Positions 38,182-48,098 of a DNA stretch of 64,000 bases are shown here, in pieces (within the stretch, counting starts at the first letter, position 1; each line of letters begins with the position of its first letter). The stretch is taken from NCBI GenBank assembly GCA_051884915.1, contig JBJEWF010000004.1, forward strand, positions 243-64,242. Direction: 5' to 3'. The position numbers and the translations under genes were made by a program. The DNA comes from Kiritimatiellia bacterium. Its GTDB lineage: Bacteria > Verrucomicrobiota > Kiritimatiellia > RFP12 > UBA1067. Under the pieces are notes generated by a model. It was not told the origin of the DNA, ran no database searches, and saw nothing but the letters and a program-made list of their open reading frames with translations.

Positions 38182-40938
38182 TCAGAACTCGACCGACGGG
38201 TCGAGCGGATACCGGCCAAAGTCCGCGCCGTAGACCGCCAGGCCGTGCTCGTCCGTCTCCAGCCGGACGACCACCTTGCCGTCTCCCTTCGCCAGGATCT
38301 CCGGCGCGATCTCGGCCTCGACCAGATAGCCGTAGGATCCCGCCTCGTTGAGCGTCCGCGACTTGCGCATCTCCGGACGCTGCTGCGCCGCCCAGGAGAG
38401 AATGCCCCGGTGGTCGGCCGGGTCGTCGGGCAGGACCATGGTCTTCACCAGTTCGCCGTTGGCATAGACGCTGAGCGTGCCGGACCATTTTTCCGCGCAC
38501 GTCATCGGATAGCTGTTGGGGTTCTTCGACCGGTCGGCAAATCCGCCGCCGAGCATGCAATCCAGATCGCGGACGCCCTTGTCGAGGTCCTTCGTGTCCT
38601 TCGCATTCAGGCGCTTGGCCGACACTTCCGCCCGGAACGTCGCCTTCCGGCCCGCCGGCACGCCCGCGAACGCATACTCGAAGAATCCCTTGCCGGCGCC
38701 ATTGGCCTTCTCGCCGTCGAAGATGTTCCACTGCTTCTGCGACCACGACGCCTTCGAGAAGGCGCCCGGCTTCACCGAGACCACGTTGTCGGGCGCCTTC
38801 CCCTTCGTCGCGAAGCAGGCAAAGTTCCGCGCCACGACCGTGTCGCCGTCCTTCAGCTCGAAACAGATCACGCCGCTCGCCGTCTCGTCCGGCAACGCGA
38901 CGGGGACGTCAAGCACCCGTCCGTTCTGCCACGACGACGCCGTGAACGAACCGGCCTCCGCCGGGGCGGACTCCGTCAGCCGACCCTTCGCGTTCCAGCT
39001 GCGGATCCACGAGAAGACCGTCAGGCGCTTCCCCGTGTACTTGTCGGTTGTCAGCGAGACGTCGACCGGCATCGTCCACGTCTCCCCCGCCCCGAACGCG
39101 CGGAAAAGCTCCCTGTCCAGCGGCAGATAGGCGTCGGCATGCCAGTCCTTCAGCGACGAGCCCGGAACGAGCTCCTCCACGCCGGTGAACTTCTCCGTGC
39201 GGTCGAACCGGACGTAGCCGTTCCACTCGTTGATGACGTCGTGGTGTTCCGTATACAGCCAGCCGCCGCAGGCCAGCCGGCGCCGGAAGGCGTTCATCAT
39301 CATGTGGTAGTCCCACGACCAGTCGCAGTCGCCCGTCGACCCCTTGTATCCCCAGACGTTGCCGCATTCGGAATTGAACATCGGCGCGCCGTTCTGCACA
39401 TAGCCGCCGATGTAGTTGTGGGTCGATCCGGGGAACGTGCTCTTGCATTGACGCTCGACCTCGTTCTCCCAGCCGTAGCCCGGCAGATAGCCATGCCAGG
39501 TGTTGATGTCCGTGATCACGTGGTCGCGGTTGCAGGGCGAATTGTCCTCGACGAGCCGCGTGGGATCCAGCGCCTTCGCCTTGGCGTAGGCGTCCGCCAC
39601 GCGCCGGCGGACCCACGGGGCATACCGGTTCGCGCGATTCGCGCCCCAGTTCTCGCCGTCGGCGAACAGGCCCCAGGTTTCATTGAACAGCACCCAGGAG
39701 AAGATCGAGGGATGGTTGAAATCGCGCGCGACCATGTCCTCGAAGCAGAACCAGTGCTCGCGGAACATCGCCTCGCTCGCCGGCCCCCAGGCGCAGGGCA
39801 CGTCCGCCATGATGAGCAGGCCCAGCCTGTCCGCCCAATACAGCTTGCGCGGAATCTCGACCTTGATGTGGATGCGGTTGCCCGACAGCGCCAGGTTCTT
39901 GGAAATCATGATTTCGTTCTTCATGAACGCGTCCGACGGGAACGTGTAGAAACCGTCCGGATGATAGCTCTGGTCCAGCGTCAGCTGCAGATAGATCGGC
40001 TTGCCGTTCAGCGTCACGTAGGGAACGTCCGACCCCGGCAGCTTCCCGACGGCGACCTTGCGCATGCCGAAATAGGTCGAAACGGCATCGGCCGTGCCCT
40101 CGCCCTCCAGCACGACCTTGACTTCGTAGAGGTAGGGGTTGTCCAGATCCCAGAGCTTGACGTTGCGGAGAGGGATCCTGACCCTGGCCGACATCTGGCC
40201 CGGCACGAACTGGACGACGGCGGGCTTGGCCCGGTCGTCTTCCCTGAACTGGACCTGGAACGTCAGCGGCTTCTTCGCCGGCGCGCCCAGCCTCACGTCG
40301 GCCGTCACCAGGCCGTTTTCGATGTCGGGCGTGAAGTGGACCTTCTCCAGATAGTCGGCGCCGCGCGCCTCCAGATAGACGGTCTGCCACACGCCGCGCG
40401 CGTTGCCGTAGCCCTGCTTCCCGTACAGCCGCCAGTCGCGCCGCGACAGTTCCGCCGGCGCGTCCCACGCGCGCAACGTGATCTTCTGCGGGCTTCCCCA
40501 GTTCACGTGGTCGGTCAGTTCGAACTCGAACGGCGTATAGCCGCCCGAATGGGCGCCCAGCCGGTTGCCGTCGAACCAGCACGTCGTGTCATGGTCCGAC
40601 GCGCCGATGACGAGAAAGACGCGCTTGCCCTTCCACTCCGCCGGCACGGTCACGTCGCGGCGATACCAGCCGACGTCCGCCTCGTCGCCGACGCCCGAAA
40701 GCCTGCTGCCCCACGGGAACGGCACGGTGATCGACTTGTCGAACGCGTCGTCCGCGGCAGTGAACCACTGCTCCTTCTCGCCGACGTCCCGGCCGTCGAA
40801 CGCGAACCGCCAGGAACCGTTCAGGTTCATCCAGAGGGCGCGTTCCCAGTCTGGACGCGGATGCTCCGGCAGAGGGATTTCGGACCGAAGGCCGCCGGCA
40901 AGGGCCACGACGCAAAAGGCGAACAGAATGTTTTTCAT
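38182..40938 (-). CDS. Secreted glycoside hydrolase family 2 protein (beta-galactosidase/beta-glucuronidase-like)
   Basis: Signal peptide MKNILFAFCVVALAGG. GH2 sugar-binding, immunoglobulin-like and TIM-barrel signatures (NHPSIFSWVLFNE, NSECGN). About 918 aa. Confidence 0.8.
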   Translation of the reverse strand: MKNILFAFCVVALAGGLRSEIPLPEHPRPDWERALWMNLNGSWRFAFDGRDVGEKEQWFTAADDAFDKSITVPFPWGSRLSGVGDEADVGWYRRDVTVPAEWKGKRVFLVIGASDHDTTCWFDGNRLGAHSGGYTPFEFELTDHVNWGSPQKITLRAWDAPAELSRRDWRLYGKQGYGNARGVWQTVYLEARGADYLEKVHFTPDIENGLVTADVRLGAPAKKPLTFQVQFREDDRAKPAVVQFVPGQMSARVRIPLRNVKLWDLDNPYLYEVKVVLEGEGTADAVSTYFGMRKVAVGKLPGSDVPYVTLNGKPIYLQLTLDQSYHPDGFYTFPSDAFMKNEIMISKNLALSGNRIHIKVEIPRKLYWADRLGLLIMADVPCAWGPASEAMFREHWFCFEDMVARDFNHPSIFSWVLFNETWGLFADGENWGANRANRYAPWVRRRVADAYAKAKALDPTRLVEDNSPCNRDHVITDINTWHGYLPGYGWENEVERQCKSTFPGSTHNYIGGYVQNGAPMFNSECGNVWGYKGSTGDCDWSWDYHMMMNAFRRRLACGGWLYTEHHDVINEWNGYVRFDRTEKFTGVEELVPGSSLKDWHADAYLPLDRELFRAFGAGETWTMPVDVSLTTDKYTGKRLTVFSWIRSWNAKGRLTESAPAEAGSFTASSWQNGRVLDVPVALPDETASGVICFELKDGDTVVARNFACFATKGKAPDNVVSVKPGAFSKASWSQKQWNIFDGEKANGAGKGFFEYAFAGVPAGRKATFRAEVSAKRLNAKDTKDLDKGVRDLDCMLGGGFADRSKNPNSYPMTCAEKWSGTLSVYANGELVKTMVLPDDPADHRGILSWAAQQRPEMRKSRTLNEAGSYGYLVEAEIAPEILAKGDGKVVVRLETDEHGLAVYGADFGRYPLDPSVEF

Positions 40939-41004
40939 GCGGCCATTATACCACAACGACCGGACGGGTGGCAAATCCGCCGCCGGGACGATCCGGGCGG
41001 GCCG

Positions 41005-42321
41005 TCACAGGCTGCCCAGCGCCGCCAGGACTTCGGGCAGCAGCTGTTTCTTGCGCGAGAGCACGCCGGGAAGAAGGAAGAGTCCGTCTTCGCGGCGGCG
41101 CCACGGCAAGGCGCGCCGGACCTGTTCGGAGCCGCAGTAGAGCAATTCCGAATTGCCCCGGACGGGGTCGGTCACCAGCAGCGCCGCGAAGTCGAGGTTG
41201 TCGGCGGCGCGAATCGACTCCAGCGCCTCCGCCATCTCGGCCCGGCGATTGTGGAAGAGCGCCAGGTTGGTTTCCTCGATCTGGGACAGGGCGAAACGCA
41301 TCCCCGCTTCGGCATAGGTCTTCCGGTCGGAGTCGATCGCCTTTTCGGGCGACAGCGCATTCAGGGCCGAAGCGACCGACATCATGCCCGCCATGATTTC
41401 CGACGCCGTCGTCCCGGAAATCCGCTCCAGCCAGCGCGCGAAGAGATGGTCGGCCTCCGCGGTCGTCGGCGACTGGAACAGAAGCGTGTCCGCGACAATG
41501 CCGGCCAGCAGGATCCCCGCCGTCGTCTTCGAGGGACGGTGGCCCGCGCCCCGCCACATCCGCGCGACGATCGTGCAGGTCGACCCCACGACGTCGGCCG
41601 TGTATTTGATGGGCTCCGGCGTCGACGTGAAGGAGATCCGATGGTGGTCGACCACCTCCAGGACGGGAATCTCCTCAAGCCCGGGAATGCCCTGGTCCGT
41701 CTCGTTGTGGTCGACGAGAATCATCCGGTACGGCGGCGGTTCCGCGAACGCGCGCTTCAGCACCGTCCCGACCAGACGCCCCGTTTCGTCGACCACGGGG
41801 AAATGGTTGTGCGAATTGCGGACGCACGCCGCCTTGACGTCATGGACCCGATCGGAGACCTGGAGCACCTGCGTGCAGGCGTGCAGCGGCGCCTCGCCGG
41901 TCGGACGCGACAGATCGTCCTTGGCGATGAACAGCGACAGCAGTTTCGCCGGGGACAGCATGCCGCGGAACGAACCGTCCGCCGCGGCCACGGGAAGCGA
42001 CGATTCGCCCGAGGCCTCCAGCCGCCGCAGCGCCTCGATCAGCGGGATGCCGGCCGGAATCACGGGCACCTCGCCCGCGATCAGATCCCGAACCCGGACG
42101 TAGACGTCGCCGCGGCTGGGCGGCGGCGGCACGCCAAAATGGTCGAACACCCATTTCGCCCGCGCGGGCAGCCGCCCGGGGCAGATGGCCTCGACATTCG
42201 TCTGGCCCGTGCGGCGGCGAAGGTCCGCCAGACCGTAGGCGCTCATGATCGAATCGCAATCCGGATTGCGATGCCCGCAAACGAAGATTTTCCGGTCGTC
42301 CATGTGATCACGTCCTTTCAT
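41005..42321 (-). CDS. CBS-domain-containing DHH/DHHA2 phosphoesterase (putative Mn-dependent inorganic pyrophosphatase-like)
   Basis: DHH motif (MILVDHNETDQ, DHH) with N-terminal CBS-pair-like segments and a DHHA2-like C-terminus. The stop of rluA overlaps its start (ATGA). Confidence 0.7.
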   Translation of the reverse strand: MKGRDHMDDRKIFVCGHRNPDCDSIMSAYGLADLRRRTGQTNVEAICPGRLPARAKWVFDHFGVPPPPSRGDVYVRVRDLIAGEVPVIPAGIPLIEALRRLEASGESSLPVAAADGSFRGMLSPAKLLSLFIAKDDLSRPTGEAPLHACTQVLQVSDRVHDVKAACVRNSHNHFPVVDETGRLVGTVLKRAFAEPPPYRMILVDHNETDQGIPGLEEIPVLEVVDHHRISFTSTPEPIKYTADVVGSTCTIVARMWRGAGHRPSKTTAGILLAGIVADTLLFQSPTTAEADHLFARWLERISGTTASEIMAGMMSVASALNALSPEKAIDSDRKTYAEAGMRFALSQIEETNLALFHNRRAEMAEALESIRAADNLDFAALLVTDPVRGNSELLYCGSEQVRRALPWRRREDGLFLLPGVLSRKKQLLPEVLAALGSL

Positions 42322-42986
42322 GCAAAAGGCGGCAGGGCCGTCTCGAAGGTCATCGTCTCATGCGTGTGCGGATGGACGAACGACAGTTTCCAGGCATGCA
42401 GGCACAGCGCGTCGCCCCGCCGTCCATGCCCGTATTTCGCGTCGCCCACGACCGGATGGCCCATCTCGCGGAAATGGACGCGGATCTGGTTCTTGCGGCC
42501 GCTCTTCAACGCGACCTCGACCAGCGTGGTCCCGTGCGCTTCCGAACGGCGCCGCCATTCCGTCCGCGCAAACTTTCCGTGCCGCGGGTCCTTGACGCTC
42601 TTGACGAAATAGTTCTCATCCTCGCGCAGATAGCTTTCGACCGCCCCGGCCTCCGCCTCCAGCGCGCCTTCCACGCGGGCCAGGTAGATCTTCGTCGTGA
42701 CCTCGTTCCACCGCGCGCGGAAATACGCCTGGACGGCTTCCGTCTTGGCGACCACCATCACGCCCGAAGTCTCGCGGTCAAGACGGTGGACGAGATAGAC
42801 GCGCTTCGCGCTTTTCCACTGCCCCTTGCGCACGTAGTCGTTCAGCACGCCCTCGACGCTCGCCTCTTCGCCGCGGCGCGTGGCCTGGGACAGGAGTCCC
42901 GCCGCCTTCTCGATCACGATGACGTCGGGATCCTCGTGGAGGATCTTGAGACCGCGCGGGGCATGGGCTTTCCGTTTCATGTTCAT
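42318..42986 (-). CDS. rluA: RluA-family pseudouridine synthase
   Basis: HRLDRETSGVMVVAKT catalytic-Asp motif. 222 aa. Start MNMKRK at 42986 overlaps the murA stop. Confidence 0.85.
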   Translation of the reverse strand: MNMKRKAHAPRGLKILHEDPDVIVIEKAAGLLSQATRRGEEASVEGVLNDYVRKGQWKSAKRVYLVHRLDRETSGVMVVAKTEAVQAYFRARWNEVTTKIYLARVEGALEAEAGAVESYLREDENYFVKSVKDPRHGKFARTEWRRRSEAHGTTLVEVALKSGRKNQIRVHFREMGHPVVGDAKYGHGRRGDALCLHAWKLSFVHPHTHETMTFETALPPFA

Positions 42987-44274
42987 GGAATCCGTTTCAC
43001 GTCCGCGCCCAGCGCGGCAAGCTCCCTTTCGACCGCTTCGTAGCCCCGGTCGACCGACTCGGCGTTCAGGATGGTCGTCTCGCCCTTCGCGCAGAGGGCG
43101 GCGATCAGCAGGGAGATGCCGGCCCGGATGTCGGGAGAGGTCACCGTCGAGCCGACGAGCTGCGTCGCGCCGGTCACCACCACGCGGTGCGGATCGCACT
43201 GGACGATTTTCGCGCCCATGCCAATCAGGTGGTCCACGAAATACAGGCGGCTCTCGAACATCTTCTCGAACAGCAGGCAGGTGCCCCGCGTTTGCGTCGC
43301 CAGCACGATCAGCACGCTCATCAGGTCGCTCGGGAACATCGGCCAGGGACCGTCCGCGATCGAAGGGATCGCGTCGCCGAGGTCGTAGGCCATTTTCCGG
43401 CGCCGGCGCACCGGCATGTGCAGCGTCCGCGCGGCGGCGTTGCACGTCCACTTGACGCCAAAACGGGCGAACGGCTTTTCGAGAACCGCAAACACGTCGG
43501 CGTCGACTTCCGCCAGATCCATTTCCCCGCCCGTCACGGCCGCCGCGACCAGATAGCTCGCGCCCTCGATGTAGTCGCACCCCACGCGCGCCGTGGCCCC
43601 GTGCAGCGCCTCGACGCCCTCGACGACGATCAGGTTCGTCCCCGCGCCGGCGATCCTGGCCCCCATGGCGTTCAGCATCCGGCACAGGTCCTGGACGTGC
43701 GGTTCGCAGGCCGCGTTGTAGAGTTCCGTCCGCCCCTTGGCGAGGACGGCCGCCATGAGAATGTTCTCCGTCGCCGTCACCGACGCCTCGTCCAGCAGGA
43801 TGCGCGTCCCCGTCAGCCCCCGGGGCGCCTTGACCGACAGCACGCGCCGGCCGGCCTGGACCTTGGCCCCCAGCGCGACGAAACCCTCGAAATGCCCGTC
43901 CAGACGCCGGCGCCCGATGCCGTCGCCGCCCGGCGGCGGCAGGCTGACCGCCCCCAGGCGCGCCAGCAGCGGCCCCGCGAACAGGATCGACGTGCGGATC
44001 TTGCGCGCCAGCTCGGGATTCAGACGGCCCGACGCGACGCCGGACGCGTCGACGACCACCGTGCGCGCCGCGAGATCGCGCGCCACCTTCGCCCCGAACT
44101 TTTCGGCGCACTCCAGCATGCGCGCCACGTCGGCAATGTCCGGCACGTTCACCAGCGTCACCGGTTCCGGCGCCAGCAACGCCGCGGCGATCATCGGCAG
44201 CGCCGCATTCTTGTTGCCCGGCACCCGATGGAGTCCGGAGACCGTTTTCCGCCCAACTATCTTGAATCTGCTCA
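42983..44274 (-). CDS. murA: UDP-N-acetylglucosamine 1-carboxyvinyltransferase
   Basis: N-terminal GNKNAALPMIAAALLA and a global MurA match. GTG start at 44274 (VSRFKIVGRK). Confidence 0.85.
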
Positions 44275-44299
44275 CCGGACAATTATACTCATTTTCCCC

Positions 44300-44328
44300 C
44301 TTGCAATCCACCCGAGAATTTAATATAA
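44300..44328 (+). promoter_or_regulatory. Consensus sigma70 promoter for tRNA-Gln
   Basis: TTGCAA (44300-44305), 17-nt spacer, TATAAT (44323-44328). The tRNA starts about 25 nt downstream. Confidence 0.45.
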
Positions 44329-44340
44329 TGCCGACCGTTT

Positions 44341-45582
44341 TCACGGCCACGTTGCCTCGTGGTGTAATGGTAGCACTGCAGATTCTGATTCTGCCTGTTG
44401 GGGTTCGAGTCCCTGCGAGGCAACCACTTCGCGGCCGTTTGTTTTTCCTCCCCCGTTCGCTTCCTCCCGCTCCCGGGAACGGCGCAGGGCGTCGAGCACG
44501 GCAAAGCCGCGCCGATCGGGCCAGCTCGTCACGTTCCGCAGGATGACGAGGATCGTCCGGTCGACGGGGTCGAAGCCGACGAAGGAGGAGCCGCCGTAGA
44601 TCATGCCCGCCCGGTAGAGGACGCGGCGCCCCGAGGGAAGGACCTTGACCCGCAGCAGCCCGAACACGGCATCGTCCGCGCAGGCGCCGATCGAACGCTC
44701 CGCCATTTGGGCGTCGACGATCTTCCAGTAGGCGGTGAACACCCGGGCGCAATCGGCAATCGACGAAAACAGGCCGCCTGTCGCCCGGAGCGCCGATCCG
44801 AGGCGATGGTCGGGAACGTCGTGTCCGCGGCGCGTCAACCAGGGCAGGCAGCCCGCCCGCGCCCGCGTCAGGCGGTTCGTGAACAGGGGTTCCGGTTCGT
44901 ATGTCGTGTCCTGCAGGCGCATGGGGCGGACGAGTTCGTCCCGGATCAGATCCTCCAGCGTCATGCCGAGCGCATCTTCGAGAACCGTGCCAAGAAGCCC
45001 GAATCCCACATTCGAGTAGACGTCCCGCTTGTCGCGAACGCACGCGCGCCACCAGGGACGCCAGGCCGTTTTCGCAAAATTCTCGCGCGAATCGAAGTCC
45101 CCGTAGATGTGGATTCCGGCGAGTCCGCAACGGAAACACGTCCACATGTCCCACGGCGTCCACGGCATCAGGAATTCGCGCGGCAGGCCCGAGCGGTTGT
45201 CCAGCAGATCGCGAAGCGTCACCGTTGCATATTCCGGCGGCAGCTCCAGCTTCGAGCAATCGCTCACCGGCCGGTCCAGATCGATCCGCCCGTTTTCGGC
45301 CAGTTCCAGAATGACCGGATGGAGAAACAGCTTCGAAAGCGAGGCCAGGCGAAAGAGCGCGTGTTCGTCCGCCGGGCCCGACCGGCCGTAGACGACGCCG
45401 TTTGTCGTCACATGGGCGACGACGCAGCATTCGTCGCCGAGATCCTGCACGTAGAAGTCCGCCGTGGCCTGGACGATCTCCCGCGGCGACCGGGCCGTCA
45501 GCAGACGATCGTCAAGCGTCCGGCAGCCTCCTGCCAGAAACGCCGAACAGCACGCGGCGAACAGCCAGTGGAAGAGCCGCAT
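44341..45582 (-). CDS. Lipoprotein serine hydrolase of the beta-lactamase/transpeptidase-like family
   Basis: Lipobox signal MRLFHWLFAACCSAFLAGGC and an SxxK motif (LASLSKLF). Last gene of the KS/KR/DH operon. The 3' ~85 nt is antisense to tRNA-Gln. Confidence 0.7.
   Translation of the reverse strand: MRLFHWLFAACCSAFLAGGCRTLDDRLLTARSPREIVQATADFYVQDLGDECCVVAHVTTNGVVYGRSGPADEHALFRLASLSKLFLHPVILELAENGRIDLDRPVSDCSKLELPPEYATVTLRDLLDNRSGLPREFLMPWTPWDMWTCFRCGLAGIHIYGDFDSRENFAKTAWRPWWRACVRDKRDVYSNVGFGLLGTVLEDALGMTLEDLIRDELVRPMRLQDTTYEPEPLFTNRLTRARAGCLPWLTRRGHDVPDHRLGSALRATGGLFSSIADCARVFTAYWKIVDAQMAERSIGACADDAVFGLLRVKVLPSGRRVLYRAGMIYGGSSFVGFDPVDRTILVILRNVTSWPDRRGFAVLDALRRSREREEANGGGKTNGREVVASQGLEPQQAESESAVLPLHHEATWP
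44353..44426 (+). tRNA. tRNA-Gln (anticodon CUG)
   Basis: TGCCTCG/CGAGGCA acceptor stem. Anticodon loop UUCUGAU. GGTTCGAGTCC T-loop. CCA encoded. 74 nt. Confidence 0.85.
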
Positions 45583-45606
45583 CCGGGAACCGCCGTGCGC
45601 CATTTC

Positions 45607-46830
45607 TCAACGCATCGCGCGGAAGATCAGACTGGTGTTGACGCCGCCGAACGCAAAGTTGTTCGTCATCGCGTACTCGCAGTCGATCGTCCGCCCCTCG
45701 CCCTGGAGATAATCCATCTCCGCGCAGGCCGGATCGACAGTCTTCAGGTTGAGCGTGGGCGGGTACCAGCCGCATTCGAGCGACTTCACCAGCATCGCCG
45801 CCTCGATGGCGCCGCAGGCGCCAAGCGTATGCCCCATGTAGCTCTTCAGCGAAGACAGCGGCACGGCCCGGTTGAAAACCGCGCGCGTCGCCATCGTCTC
45901 CGCCACGTCGCCCGCCTTCGTCGCCGTTCCATGGCCGCTCACGTAGCCGATGTCGCCGGCGGACAGGCCCGCATCGTCCAACGCGCCCTTGAGCGCGTAG
46001 GACATCGTTTCGGCGTTGGGGTTGGTCACGTGGGCGCCGTCCGTCGTCTCCGCGAATCCCACCAGTTCGGCCAGGATCCGGGCGCCCCGCGCCTGCGCGT
46101 GCCCATACTCCTCCAGCACGAACGTCGCCGCGCCATCGCCCACGACCAGTCCGTCGCGGCCGGCATCGTACGGCGCCGGGGACGCCTTCGGGCAATCGTT
46201 CTTCAGCGAGGTTGCGTAGAGCGTGTCGAAAATCGCGACCTGGGTGGCGCTGAATTCCTCCGCGCCGCCGGCCAGCATCACGTCCTGAACGCCCCAGCGG
46301 ATCAGTTCGGCGGCATTGCCGAGCGCGAGCGAACCGCTGGTGCAGGCGGTCCCCGTCGGGACAAGACGGCCGTGCGTCTTGAAATGGACCGACAGGTTGC
46401 ACGCGGTCGTCTGCGGCATCAGTTTGATGTAGGTTCCGCTGGTGATGCCCGCGATCTCCTTCGTCTTGAGCATCGAATAGAAATCCAGCAGGGCGGGAAT
46501 CGAGCCGGAGCAGGAACCGTAGGCCACGCCCGTGCGGCCACTCTGGAGCAGGGCGTCGTCAAGCCGCGCCTGGGCGATGGCCTGCTCCGTGGCCGCCAAT
46601 GCGTACATCGCCACCTCGCCCATGGTCCGCGTGGTCTTGCGATTCCAGTGCGCCGGCCGCTCAAACGCCGTCGGACAGCCCAGACGCGTGTTCAATCCCC
46701 TGTACGCGGCGAGTTCCGGCAACGCCTGCACGCAGTTTTCCAGTTTTCTCAATCGCGCGAACGCCGTCTCGATGTCATTTCCGATCGGGGAGACAATCCC
46801 CATGCCCGTCACTGCAACTCGTCTCTTCAT
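45607..46830 (-). CDS. Beta-ketoacyl-ACP synthase (KAS I/II-like) with intact Cys-His-His triad
   Basis: Active-site motifs GTACTSGS, SGHGTAT, MGHTLGACG. Start MKRRVAVTGMGIVSP at 46830. Confidence 0.85.
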   Translation of the reverse strand: MKRRVAVTGMGIVSPIGNDIETAFARLRKLENCVQALPELAAYRGLNTRLGCPTAFERPAHWNRKTTRTMGEVAMYALAATEQAIAQARLDDALLQSGRTGVAYGSCSGSIPALLDFYSMLKTKEIAGITSGTYIKLMPQTTACNLSVHFKTHGRLVPTGTACTSGSLALGNAAELIRWGVQDVMLAGGAEEFSATQVAIFDTLYATSLKNDCPKASPAPYDAGRDGLVVGDGAATFVLEEYGHAQARGARILAELVGFAETTDGAHVTNPNAETMSYALKGALDDAGLSAGDIGYVSGHGTATKAGDVAETMATRAVFNRAVPLSSLKSYMGHTLGACGAIEAAMLVKSLECGWYPPTLNLKTVDPACAEMDYLQGEGRTIDCEYAMTNNFAFGGVNTSLIFRAMR

Positions 46831-46899
46831 CTCGCGTTTTCCCACTCTCGCACATGCGGCCGGAGGCCGCCGTCCATCCAACGATCCAGAATGCCCCGT

Positions 46900-47631
46900 C
46901 TAGAACAGCCCGCCATTCACGGAAATGACCTGCCGCGTCACGTAGGACGCCTCCTCGCGGAACAGAAACGCCACCACGCCGGCCACTTCGTCGGGCGTGC
47001 CGAAGCGGCGCATCGGAATCGCCTTCTTCACCTCCTCCGGGAACGCGATCGAATGGGCCATTTCCGTTTCGATCACGCCCGGCGCCACGGCGTTCACCGT
47101 GATGCCGCGTTTCGCCAATTCGACGGCCAGGGCCTTGACGGCGCCGATGATGCCGGCCTTGGCCGCCGAATAGTTGACCTGCCCGCGATTCCCCGCGATT
47201 CCGCTCACGCTGGAAAGGGCGACGATGCGTCCGCGAATGCGATTGGAGACCATCGGCATCACCACGGGCTTCAAGACGTTGTAGAGGCCCGTCAGGTTCG
47301 TGTCGACGACCCTGTCCCACGCGTCGCCTTCCAGAATCGGGAACGGCGCGTCGGCCGCGACTCCCGCGTTGGCGACGACGCCGTAGTACGGTCCCCGCGC
47401 CGCCATGTCCGCCTCAAGGGCCGCCGCCACCGCGGCGCGGTCGGCCAGATCGAAAACCAGAACCGGCTGTTCGGGCCGGTTCGCCAGCGCCGCGCAGGCG
47501 GCGGCGGTTTCACGCGCCGCCGCCGCGTTTTTCACGGCGTGCGCCACCACGGCAAAACCGTCCTTTGCCAAACGCAGGGCAATCGCCTTGCCGATCCCCC
47601 GCGAAGCCCCTGTCACAAGAACCCGTTTCAT
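46900..47631 (-). CDS. 3-oxoacyl-ACP reductase FabG-like (SDR)
   Basis: MKRVLVTGASRGIGKAIA Rossmann N-terminus. Catalytic YxxxK (YSAAKAG). 243 aa. Confidence 0.85.
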   Translation of the reverse strand: MKRVLVTGASRGIGKAIALRLAKDGFAVVAHAVKNAAAARETAAACAALANRPEQPVLVFDLADRAAVAAALEADMAARGPYYGVVANAGVAADAPFPILEGDAWDRVVDTNLTGLYNVLKPVVMPMVSNRIRGRIVALSSVSGIAGNRGQVNYSAAKAGIIGAVKALAVELAKRGITVNAVAPGVIETEMAHSIAFPEEVKKAIPMRRFGTPDEVAGVVAFLFREEASYVTRQVISVNGGLF

Positions 47632-48098
47632 GTCCGTGCCTGCTCCTTCAAGAAAACTTCCAGATCCGGCGGCCGATAGGCATTCAGAACCGCCGTGGCC
47701 ACCACCGTCCCGTCCGCCGCCGCAATCGTGCATTCGAACGCGGCCGCGTCGGCGTCGCTGAACGCGTTGACGGCCGTGATCTCGTAGGTCCGGCCCTGTT
47801 CAAACCGCTCAAGCTTCAGTTCCAGCTTGCGCGTGCCGAGCAGCAGTCCCGGCCGCGCAAGCCGGTCCGGCGCACGGGACTTGTCCCAGTACCCCGTCAG
47901 GGCCGCCGCCGTCTGCGCCATGTATTCGATCGCCACCCAGTTGGGAACGCCCTCCCCCGCCACGAAGAAGAGCTGACGTTCGTCGATCGTCACGTATGCC
48001 GTCAGCGTCTTCGCCGCCGCGTCAAAACGCCGCACGCCATCAATGAGAATCATCGGCGGCCGATGCGGCAGCAGATCTGTCAGCGCCCATTCACCCAT
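47628..48098 (-). CDS. Hotdog-fold 3-hydroxyacyl-ACP dehydratase (FabZ/ApeP-like)
   Basis: LPHRPPMILIDGV motif of FabZ-type dehydratases. 156 aa. Overlaps both neighbouring genes by 4-8 nt. Confidence 0.75.
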   Translation of the reverse strand: MGEWALTDLLPHRPPMILIDGVRRFDAAAKTLTAYVTIDERQLFFVAGEGVPNWVAIEYMAQTAAALTGYWDKSRAPDRLARPGLLLGTRKLELKLERFEQGRTYEITAVNAFSDADAAAFECTIAAADGTVVATAVLNAYRPPDLEVFLKEQART

